From Planctomycetia bacterium (GTDB lineage: Bacteria > Planctomycetota > Planctomycetia > Gemmatales > HRBIN36), in assembly GCA_016795155.1 (NCBI GenBank), contig JAEUIE010000015.1, positions 163,178 through 227,177 of the forward strand: a stretch of 64,000 nt of DNA. The letters are read 5' to 3'. Position numbers and translations under genes: made by a program. The notes under the pieces were generated by a model. The model saw only the letters and a program-made list of their open reading frames with translations. It was not told the origin of the DNA and did not search any database. Positions 1 through 8,010 of the stretch are shown here, one piece after another; position 1 is the stretch's first letter, and each line of letters starts with the position of its first letter.

Positions 1-214
1 CGAAGTTCCCTTCGCGTTGTCTGACAAAGAAACTCTTGTAAGCAGATTGGACAACATCTTCAGGAGCATCTTTGACAGTCAGGCGTTGATCCAGATGTTT
101 ACGTGCCAGCCCCATCAGGCGGTTGGCGTATCGCTGAAAGACTTCCCGCGCAGCTTCATCCTCGCCTGTTTTGAGTCGGGTCATCAAATCGTCAAATGAA
201 TCATTCACATTCAT
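1..214 (-). CDS. ECF-type sigma-70 family sigma factor, 5' portion only (gene runs off the window start)
   Basis: Absent from the ORF track because it is open at the window edge. The reverse complement from ATG at 214 reads MNVNDSFDDLMTRLKTGEDEAAREVFQRYANRLMGLARKHLDQRLTVKDAPEDVVQSAYKSFFVRQREGNF with no stop down to position 1. The ...DPEDVVQS.YKSFF pattern is typical of the N-terminal region of planctomycete-type ECF sigma factors. Confidence 0.7.
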   Translation of the reverse strand, partial: MNVNDSFDDLMTRLKTGEDEAAREVFQRYANRLMGLARKHLDQRLTVKDAPEDVVQSAYKSFFVRQREGNF

Positions 215-419
215 GACATTCCCTTCGGCATTTTTCGGAGAGCAAATAATTCTTGGCCGGAACGGAACATGGTGTGGATTACCCTAATGGATGCCTGCTT
301 GTGCATTCCAGGCGGGTTCACTCAGTTGGTTATACCGACTGGTTGATGCTGATCCAACGTATGGTCAACAAGCTATACCCCGCTTCATTATTCTTTCACT
401 TGAGTTGAGGTAGAAAGTC

Positions 420-3254
420 ATGTTCCGACGCTGGTATCAAAGCAAGTACTCATCACAGAATCCCCGTCCGGTAGTTCTTCCACGCATGAAGCGTTACAGT
501 CTAAACCTTGAGAAGCTGGAAGACCGCACCGTACCCGCGGTAACCGCCAGTTTTTCTGCTGCAACAGGCAGCCTGACTATCTTTGGCGATAATCTGGATA
601 ACAACATCGTCATCAGTCGCAATACTGCTGGTGGAATTCTGGTCAATGGCGGTGCGGTAGCAATTCAAGGTGGAACCCCAACGGTTGCAAATACTGCAAT
701 GATCCAGGCTTTTGGTCAGGGTGGTAATGATCAGATTGCCCTCAATGAAGCCAATGGCGCCCTGCCTCGTGCCTTGCTGTTCGGTGGGGCTGGCAACGAC
801 GTGCTGACAGGAGGCTCTGCAGCAGACCAGCTATTTGGCCAGTCAGGCAATGACACCCTGCTTGGCAAAGGGGGGGCGGATTTTCTTTTCGGGGGAACGG
901 AGAACGACACACTGACAGGCGGCGATGCTGACGATCAGGTGTTCGGTGAATCAGGTGATGACCGCATGATCTGGAATCCCGGCGATGATACCGATCTGAA
1001 CGAAGGTGGTGCTGGCATTGATACCGTCGAAATCAACGGCGGCAACGGTGCCGAGCAGTTCACCACAACTGCCAATGGCACACGCGTACGGTTTGATCGA
1101 CTCGACCCTGCTCCATTCTCCATCGATATTGGCACCAGCGAAAACCTGGTCGTCAATATGAATGGCGGTAACGACAGTTTTTCTGCTACCGGCAATCTGG
1201 CGGCACTCATCAAAATTACCATAGATGGTGGCACGGGTAACGATACCATCCTTGGTTCCAACGGCATTGACTTGCTGCGGGGCGGCGATGGCGATGACTT
1301 CATTGATGGCCAGCAGGGCAACGATGTCGTCTTCATGGGTGCTGGTAACGATGTGTTCCAGTGGGATCCAGGTGATGGCAGCGATGTGGTAGAAGGCCAG
1401 GATGGCCTCGACACCATGCAGTTTAACGGCAGTGCAGGCAATGAAATTTTTGAAGCCTCGGTCAACGGTGGCCGTGTCAGGTTTACCCGTAACCTGGGCA
1501 ACATTGTCATGGATCTGGATGACGTCGAACGCATCAATCTCCAGATGTTGGGTGGCACGGACACGCTGATCGTCAACGATTTAAGTGGTACTGATGTCAC
1601 GGAGATCAACGCAAACCTGGCTGGTACTATCGGTGGCACAACCGGAGATAGTCAGTCTGATACCGTCATCGTCAATGGCAACAAGTTCAGCAATATTATT
1701 GACGTCTTTGGTGCGGGGACATCGGTAGCCGTGCTTGGAATGCCAACTGTCGTAAACATTACCCAATCTGAAGGAGCCAATGATGCTTTGGTCATCAATG
1801 GCATGGCAGGAAATGATGGAATCACAGCAACCACACTTCCGGCTGGTGTTGTTAAGCTGACGATAGACGGTGGTACAGGCAATGACACGTTACTTGGCAG
1901 TCAGGGGGCGGATGTTTTCTTCGGCGGCGATGGCGATGACTTTGTCTTCGGCGACAATGGCAATGATGTAGCCTTGCTGGGTGCTGGAAACGATGTGTTC
2001 CAGTGGGATCCGGGTGATGGCAACGACACCATTGAAGGGCAGGATGGCATTGATCAGATGCTCTTCTTCGGCTCTAACGCCAGCGAAAATATCAATATCG
2101 TGGCCAACGGCGGTCGAGTACTCTTCCTCCGTGATGTTGCCAACGTCACCATGGATTTGAACGACCTGGAAAACATCGAGTTCCGAGCCTTGGGCGGTGC
2201 GGATAACATCGTCGTGGGCGATCTTTCCGGTACGGATGTTGTCTCTATCGGCCTCGATCTTCGAGGGCCGAATGGTGGTGGCGATGGCGCTGCTGACTCT
2301 GTCACGGTCAATGGCACCAACGGCGCTGATGTCTTCGGAGCAGCCGGCGATGCAGGTGGGATCAACGTGTTCGGCCTGCACGCCAGTGTCAACATCTTCT
2401 TCCAGGAACAAGCCAATGATCGGTTAACGCTCAACGGTCTGGGTGGCGATGATGTAATCAATGCAACCTCACTGGAAGCCGATGGCATTCAACTCACCAT
2501 GAACGGTGGACTAGGCAACGACCTTTTCATCGGCAGCGAAGGCGATGACCTGATCAACGGCGGGGATGGCAACGATACTGCCCTCATGGGTGCCGGCGAC
2601 GATACCTTCATCTGGAACCCAGGAGATGACAACGACACACTGGAAGGTCAGGATGGTTTCGACCGAATGACCTTCAATGGTGCCAATATCTCTGAGAATA
2701 TTGACATTTCAGCCAATGGTGGTCGTGTGCGATTCTTTCGTAATGTTGCCAATGTCCTGATGGACCTGAATGACGTTGAAGGCATCGATTTCAATGCACT
2801 CGGGGGTGCAGATGTAATTGTGGTCAATGACTTAAGTGGCACGGATGTGGTGGAAGTGAACCTGAATCTGGCAGGATTTGGCGGCGTTGGCGATGCACAA
2901 CCCGATACTGTCATCGTTCAGGGAACACAGGCTGATGATGTCATACTTGCTCTGGGTGATGCATCAGGTAGCAGCGTACTCGGATTGGCAGCCCGGGTAA
3001 ATATCACGGGTGTTGAAGCAGTCAACGACCGTCTCGTCATCAATGCCGGAAGCGGAGATGATGTGATTGAAGCCTCCGGCTTGTCGAGTGCTGCTATTCA
3101 GTTAACCGGCAACGGCGAGGAAGGCAATGATGTGCTCGTCGGTGGTGATGGTAACGATGTTCTCACCGGCGGGGCTGGCGATGATGTGCTCATCGGCGGC
3201 CTGGGATTGGATATCCTCGATGGTGGGACTGGTGATAATGTTGTGATTCAGTAA
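420..3254 (+). CDS. Large RTX / hemolysin-type calcium-binding repeat protein (944 aa)
   Basis: GAGG lies 8 nt upstream of the ATG. Many GGxGxD nonapeptides are present (GGAGNDVLTGGSAADQLFGQSGNDTLLGKGGADFLFGG). Four W(N/D)PGD(G/D) modules occur. The N-terminus carries LEKLEDRTVPA. Confidence 0.85.
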   Translation: MFRRWYQSKYSSQNPRPVVLPRMKRYSLNLEKLEDRTVPAVTASFSAATGSLTIFGDNLDNNIVISRNTAGGILVNGGAVAIQGGTPTVANTAMIQAFGQGGNDQIALNEANGALPRALLFGGAGNDVLTGGSAADQLFGQSGNDTLLGKGGADFLFGGTENDTLTGGDADDQVFGESGDDRMIWNPGDDTDLNEGGAGIDTVEINGGNGAEQFTTTANGTRVRFDRLDPAPFSIDIGTSENLVVNMNGGNDSFSATGNLAALIKITIDGGTGNDTILGSNGIDLLRGGDGDDFIDGQQGNDVVFMGAGNDVFQWDPGDGSDVVEGQDGLDTMQFNGSAGNEIFEASVNGGRVRFTRNLGNIVMDLDDVERINLQMLGGTDTLIVNDLSGTDVTEINANLAGTIGGTTGDSQSDTVIVNGNKFSNIIDVFGAGTSVAVLGMPTVVNITQSEGANDALVINGMAGNDGITATTLPAGVVKLTIDGGTGNDTLLGSQGADVFFGGDGDDFVFGDNGNDVALLGAGNDVFQWDPGDGNDTIEGQDGIDQMLFFGSNASENINIVANGGRVLFLRDVANVTMDLNDLENIEFRALGGADNIVVGDLSGTDVVSIGLDLRGPNGGGDGAADSVTVNGTNGADVFGAAGDAGGINVFGLHASVNIFFQEQANDRLTLNGLGGDDVINATSLEADGIQLTMNGGLGNDLFIGSEGDDLINGGDGNDTALMGAGDDTFIWNPGDDNDTLEGQDGFDRMTFNGANISENIDISANGGRVRFFRNVANVLMDLNDVEGIDFNALGGADVIVVNDLSGTDVVEVNLNLAGFGGVGDAQPDTVIVQGTQADDVILALGDASGSSVLGLAARVNITGVEAVNDRLVINAGSGDDVIEASGLSSAAIQLTGNGEEGNDVLVGGDGNDVLTGGAGDDVLIGGLGLDILDGGTGDNVVIQ
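777..3110 (+). repeat. Intragenic tandem modules of the RTX gene: one short module, then three of 642, 636 and 609 nt
   Basis: Module starts are (I/M)(D/N)GG(T/L)GND at aa 269, 483 and 695, with the next block at aa 898. The W(D/N)PGD motif recurs at aa 185, 315, 529 and 732. DNA-level identity is visible, for example aacgatgtgttccagtgggatcc at about 1347 and about 1989. Confidence 0.8.
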
Positions 3255-3277
3255 TTGCCAAGTAAAGTAAATTTCAA

Positions 3278-3308
3278 CTGGACGGCCAAGTGCCGTCCAG
3301 TTTTATTT
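3278..3308 (+). terminator. Rho-independent terminator after the RTX gene
   Basis: ctggacggc / caagt / gccgtccag forms a perfect 9-bp GC-rich stem. It is followed by ttttatttat and begins 24 nt after the stop codon. Confidence 0.75.
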
Positions 3309-3424
3309 ATGAGGTCTTCTGTGAAATTGTTTGAAGTGAAGAGGCTGACCACTTAACATCGAGTAGATTGGGAAAGTGATTGAGTAGTAGAAAGTCAATT
3401 CAGGAATATCCAGGGAGTCTTACC

Positions 3425-4021
3425 ATGAGTGCCGGTTTGCCTACCGTTCTGATGCACCTTGCCAACAGCCTTACCGAACGCTGGTGGGTTTTTGTCGTGC
3501 GAGGCGTGATTGCCATTCTGTTTGGCATTCTCTGCTTCGTGCAACCTGAGTTATCTCTGACTACATTGGTTCTGATGTTTGGAAGCTATGCTATTGCAGA
3601 CGGTGTTCTGGGTGTATATGTCGCAGTAACAGGCCGAAAGGAACTGGAAGACTGGTGGGTGCTGCTGCTCTGGGGACTGATTGGCATTGCTGCAGGCGTG
3701 CTGACTTTTGCTGCACCCAGTATTACTGCGTTGATACTGCTCTTTTACATAGCAGCCTGGGCAGTTGTTTCTGGTGTGCTGCAGATTGCACTGGCGATTC
3801 GCCTTCGTAAGGAGATTGAAGGCGAACTGTTCCTGGTGCTGGCAGGCATCCTCTCCATCGGCTTTGGACTCATACTGATGGCCCGCCCGGGAGATGGCGC
3901 ATTGGCTGTTGTCTGGATCATCGGCGTCTACGCAGTGGCACACGGCATCACGCTAGCTGTGCTGGGTATGAGGCTACGTTCATTCCGGAGTAGGGTTAAG
4001 GAACGATTAGCAAATCGGTGA
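3425..4021 (+). CDS. hdeD: HdeD-family (DUF308) acid-resistance membrane protein
   Basis: WWVFVVRGVIAILFGILCFVQPELSLTTLVLMFGSYAIADGVLGV and repeated hydrophobic helices match the DUF308 pattern. I prefer the ATG at 3425 (GGGAG 8 nt upstream) over the track's TTG at 3380. Confidence 0.75.
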   Translation: MSAGLPTVLMHLANSLTERWWVFVVRGVIAILFGILCFVQPELSLTTLVLMFGSYAIADGVLGVYVAVTGRKELEDWWVLLLWGLIGIAAGVLTFAAPSITALILLFYIAAWAVVSGVLQIALAIRLRKEIEGELFLVLAGILSIGFGLILMARPGDGALAVVWIIGVYAVAHGITLAVLGMRLRSFRSRVKERLANR

Positions 4022-4033
4022 AGTTATCCCATT

Positions 4034-4070
4034 GAGTTCAGATATTCAAAGATCATGATAATCTGAACTC
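4034..4070 (+). terminator. Weak hairpin downstream of hdeD
   Basis: gagttcagat / atctgaactc is a 10-bp inverted repeat with a 17-nt loop, 13 nt after the stop. The stem is AT-rich and there is no clean T-tract. Confidence 0.25.
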
Positions 4071-4130
4071 TGAACTTTCGTCAACTCGTTGAATCGTCTA
4101 AACTGATATGGTGCATCCCATTTCAGGAAG

Positions 4131-5174
4131 ATGACCATGACAACACCACGTACTTCCCCTGATTGTGAAAACACTCTGGATCGCAGGGGGTTCCTGGCTG
4201 CCAGCGCTATATCCCTGGCCGGGTTTGCAGTACCCAGGTATGTTGTTGCTGATGAAGTTACCAGTTCGAAGAATGAGAGCGAAACAGCGGTGAAGGCTTT
4301 GTACGAATCGCTGACAGCGGAGCAGAAGAAAGTCATCTGTTTTGGCTGGGACTTCACGGAAAAAGATCGAGGCCTGCTACGAACGCATGTCAGTAACAAC
4401 TGGCAGATCACCAGGCCGCACATCGACAGCGAGTTTTATACAAAGAAGCAGAAGATGCTGCTGCACGATGCCTTTAAGGGGCTGTTTTCGCCAGATTGGT
4501 ATCCACGGATTCTCAAACAGCTGAAGGATGACACAGGCGGCAAACCCTGGGGAGCGGAGCAAAGCGTTGCCATCTTTGGCACGCCAGGCAAGAACAAGTT
4601 TGAAATGGTGATGACCGGCAGGCACATGACCGTGCGCATAGATGGCAACAGCGAAGATCATGTCGCCTTGGGTGGTCCAATCTTCCATGGTCATGCGCCG
4701 ATCTTTGTCGAAAAGAAAGATCATCCGGGTAATGTGTTCTGGCATCAGGCTCTGGAGGCAAATAAAGTCTACACGCTGCTAGATAGCAAACAGCAGGAGC
4801 AGGCGCTGGTGAAAGTGCGGCCTCACGAGGCAGAGGTGTCGTTGCAGGGAGGACAGGGAACATTTGAAGGAATTGCTGTCAAGGAACTTTCGAGCGACCA
4901 GAAGTCCGAAGTGAACAAAGTCCTCAAAAGCCTGATTGCTCCGTACCGTGAAGTTGATCAGCGCGAGATCATGCAGTGTCTGGAAAAGCAAGGTGGCTTG
5001 AACGCTTGTAACCTGGCGTTTTACGAGACCGGCGATATCGGCAAGGACCGCGTCTGGGATAACTGGCGGCTGGAAGGCCCGAGCTTCGTATGGTACTTCC
5101 GAGGCGAGCCGCATGTACATATCTGGATTAACATAGCTGATTCGCCGGATGTGAAGCTGAATGCCAAGGGGTGA
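4131..5174 (+). CDS. TAT-exported protein of unknown function (possibly DUF3500-like)
   Basis: Twin-arginine signal LDRRGFLAASAISLAGFA. The later pattern (AVKALYESLTAEQKK..., AIFGTPG, GRHMTV, HVHIW) loosely resembles DUF3500 proteins from memory only. Confidence 0.5.
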   Translation: MTMTTPRTSPDCENTLDRRGFLAASAISLAGFAVPRYVVADEVTSSKNESETAVKALYESLTAEQKKVICFGWDFTEKDRGLLRTHVSNNWQITRPHIDSEFYTKKQKMLLHDAFKGLFSPDWYPRILKQLKDDTGGKPWGAEQSVAIFGTPGKNKFEMVMTGRHMTVRIDGNSEDHVALGGPIFHGHAPIFVEKKDHPGNVFWHQALEANKVYTLLDSKQQEQALVKVRPHEAEVSLQGGQGTFEGIAVKELSSDQKSEVNKVLKSLIAPYREVDQREIMQCLEKQGGLNACNLAFYETGDIGKDRVWDNWRLEGPSFVWYFRGEPHVHIWINIADSPDVKLNAKG

Positions 5175-5198
5175 GTAGGATCGTGGTCCGCATGAATG

Positions 5199-6272
5199 TC
5201 AATCACCATTGGCCTGCTTCAGGTACCGGTCAAAGAACTGAGCGATCTCAGCCAGGCATTCTTTCGATTCTGGCGACGGGTAACTGGTGAGATACTCGGC
5301 ATGGCACATGCCTTCGAAGACATGGATTTCTGCAGGTATACCGGCAGCGCGGAGCTTGCGGTGTGTGCGTGCTGTGGTGCTAAGCAACAGATCGCGTGTG
5401 CCTGTAATCAGGATGGTTGGCGGAAAGCTGGTAAGGTCGCCATAGACAGGTGAGAGCATCGGGTCTTTCAGGTCTTTGCCATTGGCGTAGAGTTTCAGGC
5501 AGGCTTCAATTCTACCTTCGTAGCGACCCAACAGATGATCGATTTCTGCATTGAGGAATACGGTGTCACCAGTTTTGGTAAGGTCCGCACCCGGAGTGCC
5601 CAGGAGTAAGGCGGCGGGCATGGGCAGGTTTTCCTGTTTGCAGCGAAGCATGGTCGTCATCGTCAATCCGGCACCTGCAGAAGTGCCACCCATCACCACT
5701 GTTTTGGGTTGATGATTCTTGATCACTTCTTTCCACACAGCCAGCACATCGTCGGGTGCGGCGGGGAATGGATGATCGGGTGGCATACGATAATCGACTG
5801 AGAGAGTTGGCATTTGGCACGTATGGGCCAACAGAACCGCTTCCCCCGAGCCAGCGATGCCGCCATTAAACACAAATGCTCCGCCATGAACGTGAAACAG
5901 CAGGTTTTTCTCTTTGCCTGGTGCGATGGTTTTGGGTGTTACTTTATAACAGTTGACACCGGCAACGGTGACAGGCTCCACTTTGACACCCAGCATCGTG
6001 GCAAATCCAGTGACGATTTTCGTCGCGGCAGAGTCCGCGCCTTGTTGCAGTTTCTTCCAGCCTTCAGCCGTCGTCGGCATTTCGCCCACTGGAGAAACGG
6101 GCGTTGCAATGGATTTCTGCAACTGCGGCGAAACGGTGTTGGGAACAGGAATCGCTTTGGCAGGAACTTTGAGTTCAGGAAGTGTGCTCTTTTCCTGTGC
6201 TGCCATCATCAATGTGATGCAGAGAATGGTGGCCAGACTGACAAGGATACCTGATCGGAGAGATGCTGACAT
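5199..6272 (-). CDS. Secreted alpha/beta hydrolase, esterase/lipase (HSL / fold-3 type)
   Basis: Oxyanion motif HVHGGAF and nucleophile elbow GGTSAGAG. N-terminal hydrophobic signal GILVSLATILCITLMMAAQ. It lies 30 nt downstream of kynA on the same strand. Confidence 0.75.
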   Translation of the reverse strand: MSASLRSGILVSLATILCITLMMAAQEKSTLPELKVPAKAIPVPNTVSPQLQKSIATPVSPVGEMPTTAEGWKKLQQGADSAATKIVTGFATMLGVKVEPVTVAGVNCYKVTPKTIAPGKEKNLLFHVHGGAFVFNGGIAGSGEAVLLAHTCQMPTLSVDYRMPPDHPFPAAPDDVLAVWKEVIKNHQPKTVVMGGTSAGAGLTMTTMLRCKQENLPMPAALLLGTPGADLTKTGDTVFLNAEIDHLLGRYEGRIEACLKLYANGKDLKDPMLSPVYGDLTSFPPTILITGTRDLLLSTTARTHRKLRAAGIPAEIHVFEGMCHAEYLTSYPSPESKECLAEIAQFFDRYLKQANGD

Positions 6273-6302
6273 GGTTATTCCTATTGAGCGCGATTCAACA
6301 AG

Positions 6303-7073
6303 TTAGAATTCAGTTCGAATAGCCCAGAGGTCGGGAAACGCAGGCTTCAGTAGCGTAGTACGCAGATATTCCGCGCCGCTGGAGCCGCCGGTGCCTCGCT
6401 TGGTGCCGATGGTACGTTCCACCATTTTGACATGGCGGTAGCGCCATTCCTGGATGCCTTCATCCAGATCGACTAATCGTTCGCAGAATTCAGACAATGC
6501 CTGATCGGTACGGTAAATATGGATAAGCGTTTGCTGCATGGGCAGTGAGGCATTCACAGGCTGGGTAATATTACGTTGCAGAACATCTACTGGCACAGTG
6601 AAACCCCGGCGGGACAGGTAGCTGGTAAACCAATCCCATAGCGACGGAGACTGCATCCGTTTTTCCAGTTGTGCAAACTCTTTCCCGCCTGCAGGGTAAT
6701 GATTCATGGCAGCAGGCCGCTTGTGACCAAGGACAAATTCGAGTTCGCGAAACTGAGCTGACTGAAAGCCGCTACCTGATTCAAGCCGCTGGCGAAAGCT
6801 GAGAAACTCCAGCGGAGTCATCGTTTCCAGAATATCAACTTGAGCCACCAGCACTTTCAGAATAGTGAGCACCCGTTTCATCACATGACCGGCACGGGCC
6901 AGATCATCGTCAGCCAGCAGTTTCTGGATGTAATCAAGTTCGTGCAGCATTTCCTTGAACCAGAGTTCGTAAACCTGGTGAATGATGATGAAGAGCATTT
7001 CGTCATGCTCTCGCCCGGGCTCCTGCAGTAGCAGAAGCGGTTCGAGTTTCAGATAATCTGCATAGTTCGGCAT
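6303..7073 (-). CDS. kynA: Tryptophan 2,3-dioxygenase
   Basis: YADYLKLEPLLLLQEP...HDEMLFIIIHQVYELWFKEMLHELD and GGSSGAEYLR match the bacterial TDO signature. Confidence 0.9.
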   Translation of the reverse strand: MPNYADYLKLEPLLLLQEPGREHDEMLFIIIHQVYELWFKEMLHELDYIQKLLADDDLARAGHVMKRVLTILKVLVAQVDILETMTPLEFLSFRQRLESGSGFQSAQFRELEFVLGHKRPAAMNHYPAGGKEFAQLEKRMQSPSLWDWFTSYLSRRGFTVPVDVLQRNITQPVNASLPMQQTLIHIYRTDQALSEFCERLVDLDEGIQEWRYRHVKMVERTIGTKRGTGGSSGAEYLRTTLLKPAFPDLWAIRTEF

Positions 7074-7197
7074 ATCAATCAGGCTCCGTTCTTACACTCC
7101 CCATCTTACACATCCAGATTGAATGCCCAAGAAATTTCAGTTGCATGAACGAGTTCGTCATGCGAGATTCAGCATTACAAGTTAACGGAAACGATGA

Positions 7198-7986
7198 ATG
7201 AACATTGATCTCACAGGTAAGCGAGCCTTGGTATGCGGAGCTAGCCAAGGAATTGGCAAAGCGATAGCCTTCGAACTAGCATCGCTGGGGGCAGAGGTTA
7301 CGGTCTGTGGCCGAAATCAGCAGGTTCTGGAACAGGTGATGCAGCAGCTACCTGTTTCCCAAGGACAAAAGCATTCAGTGCTCGTGGCAGATTTCAGCTT
7401 GCCTGATCAGTTAAAGTCGGCTGTCATTTTGCATTTACAGACACATGGGCCAGTCAACATTCTGATCAATAATACCGGTGGGCCGCCACCTGGGCCTGTA
7501 CATTTGGCGGATACTACTGCATTCATCGCTGCATTTCAGCAGCATTTGATATGCAATCAGATTCTGGTACAGGCACTGCTGCCTGGTATGATGGAAACCC
7601 AGTATGGCCGTATCATCAACATCATTTCGACTTCGGTGAAGCAGCCTATTGCCAATCTGGGCGTATCGAACACGATTCGCGGGGCGGTAGCGAACTGGGC
7701 CAAGACCTTGGCGGGTGAACTGGGAAAATTTGGCATCACGGTCAACAACGTGTTGCCTGGTTCAACAGATACTGCAAGGCTGAATGCCATCATCGACATC
7801 AAAGCAGCCAAGGGTGGCAAATCGCGTGATGTAGTTGTGGAGGAAGAAAAAGCCATTGTGCCCCTGGGGCGATTTGCTCAGCCGGAAGAAATCGCATATG
7901 CTGTAGCCTTCCTGGCCAGTCCATCGGCTGCGTATATCAGTGGTATCAATTTGCCCGTGGATGGTGGCAGAACGGGTTGCCTATAG
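7198..7986 (+). CDS. Short-chain dehydrogenase/reductase family protein, atypical active site
   Basis: Rossmann motif GASQGIGKA and NNTGG are present. Where classical SDRs carry YxxxK, my hand alignment to FabG (recalled from memory) reads S157-N-T-I-R161. It is the first gene of the plus-strand kynurenine operon. Confidence 0.75.
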   Translation: MNIDLTGKRALVCGASQGIGKAIAFELASLGAEVTVCGRNQQVLEQVMQQLPVSQGQKHSVLVADFSLPDQLKSAVILHLQTHGPVNILINNTGGPPPGPVHLADTTAFIAAFQQHLICNQILVQALLPGMMETQYGRIINIISTSVKQPIANLGVSNTIRGAVANWAKTLAGELGKFGITVNNVLPGSTDTARLNAIIDIKAAKGGKSRDVVVEEEKAIVPLGRFAQPEEIAYAVAFLASPSAAYISGINLPVDGGRTGCL

Positions 7987-8010
7987 TAATCCAATCTGTG
8001 GGAGTACGGT

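Noticed and set aside
17-199. 60-aa plus-strand ORF at the window start
   Set aside because: It is antisense to a much better supported ECF sigma factor N-terminus (minus strand, 1-214) that the track omitted because it is open at the edge.
935-2914. Several long antisense or alternative-frame ORFs inside the RTX gene (935-1639, 1652-1888, 1890-2411, 2054-2488, 2197-2427, 2648-2914)
   Set aside because: They are shadows of the GGxGxD repeat codons. Their translations are low-complexity (S/P/R/L-rich) and they are fully nested in a gene with strong motif support.
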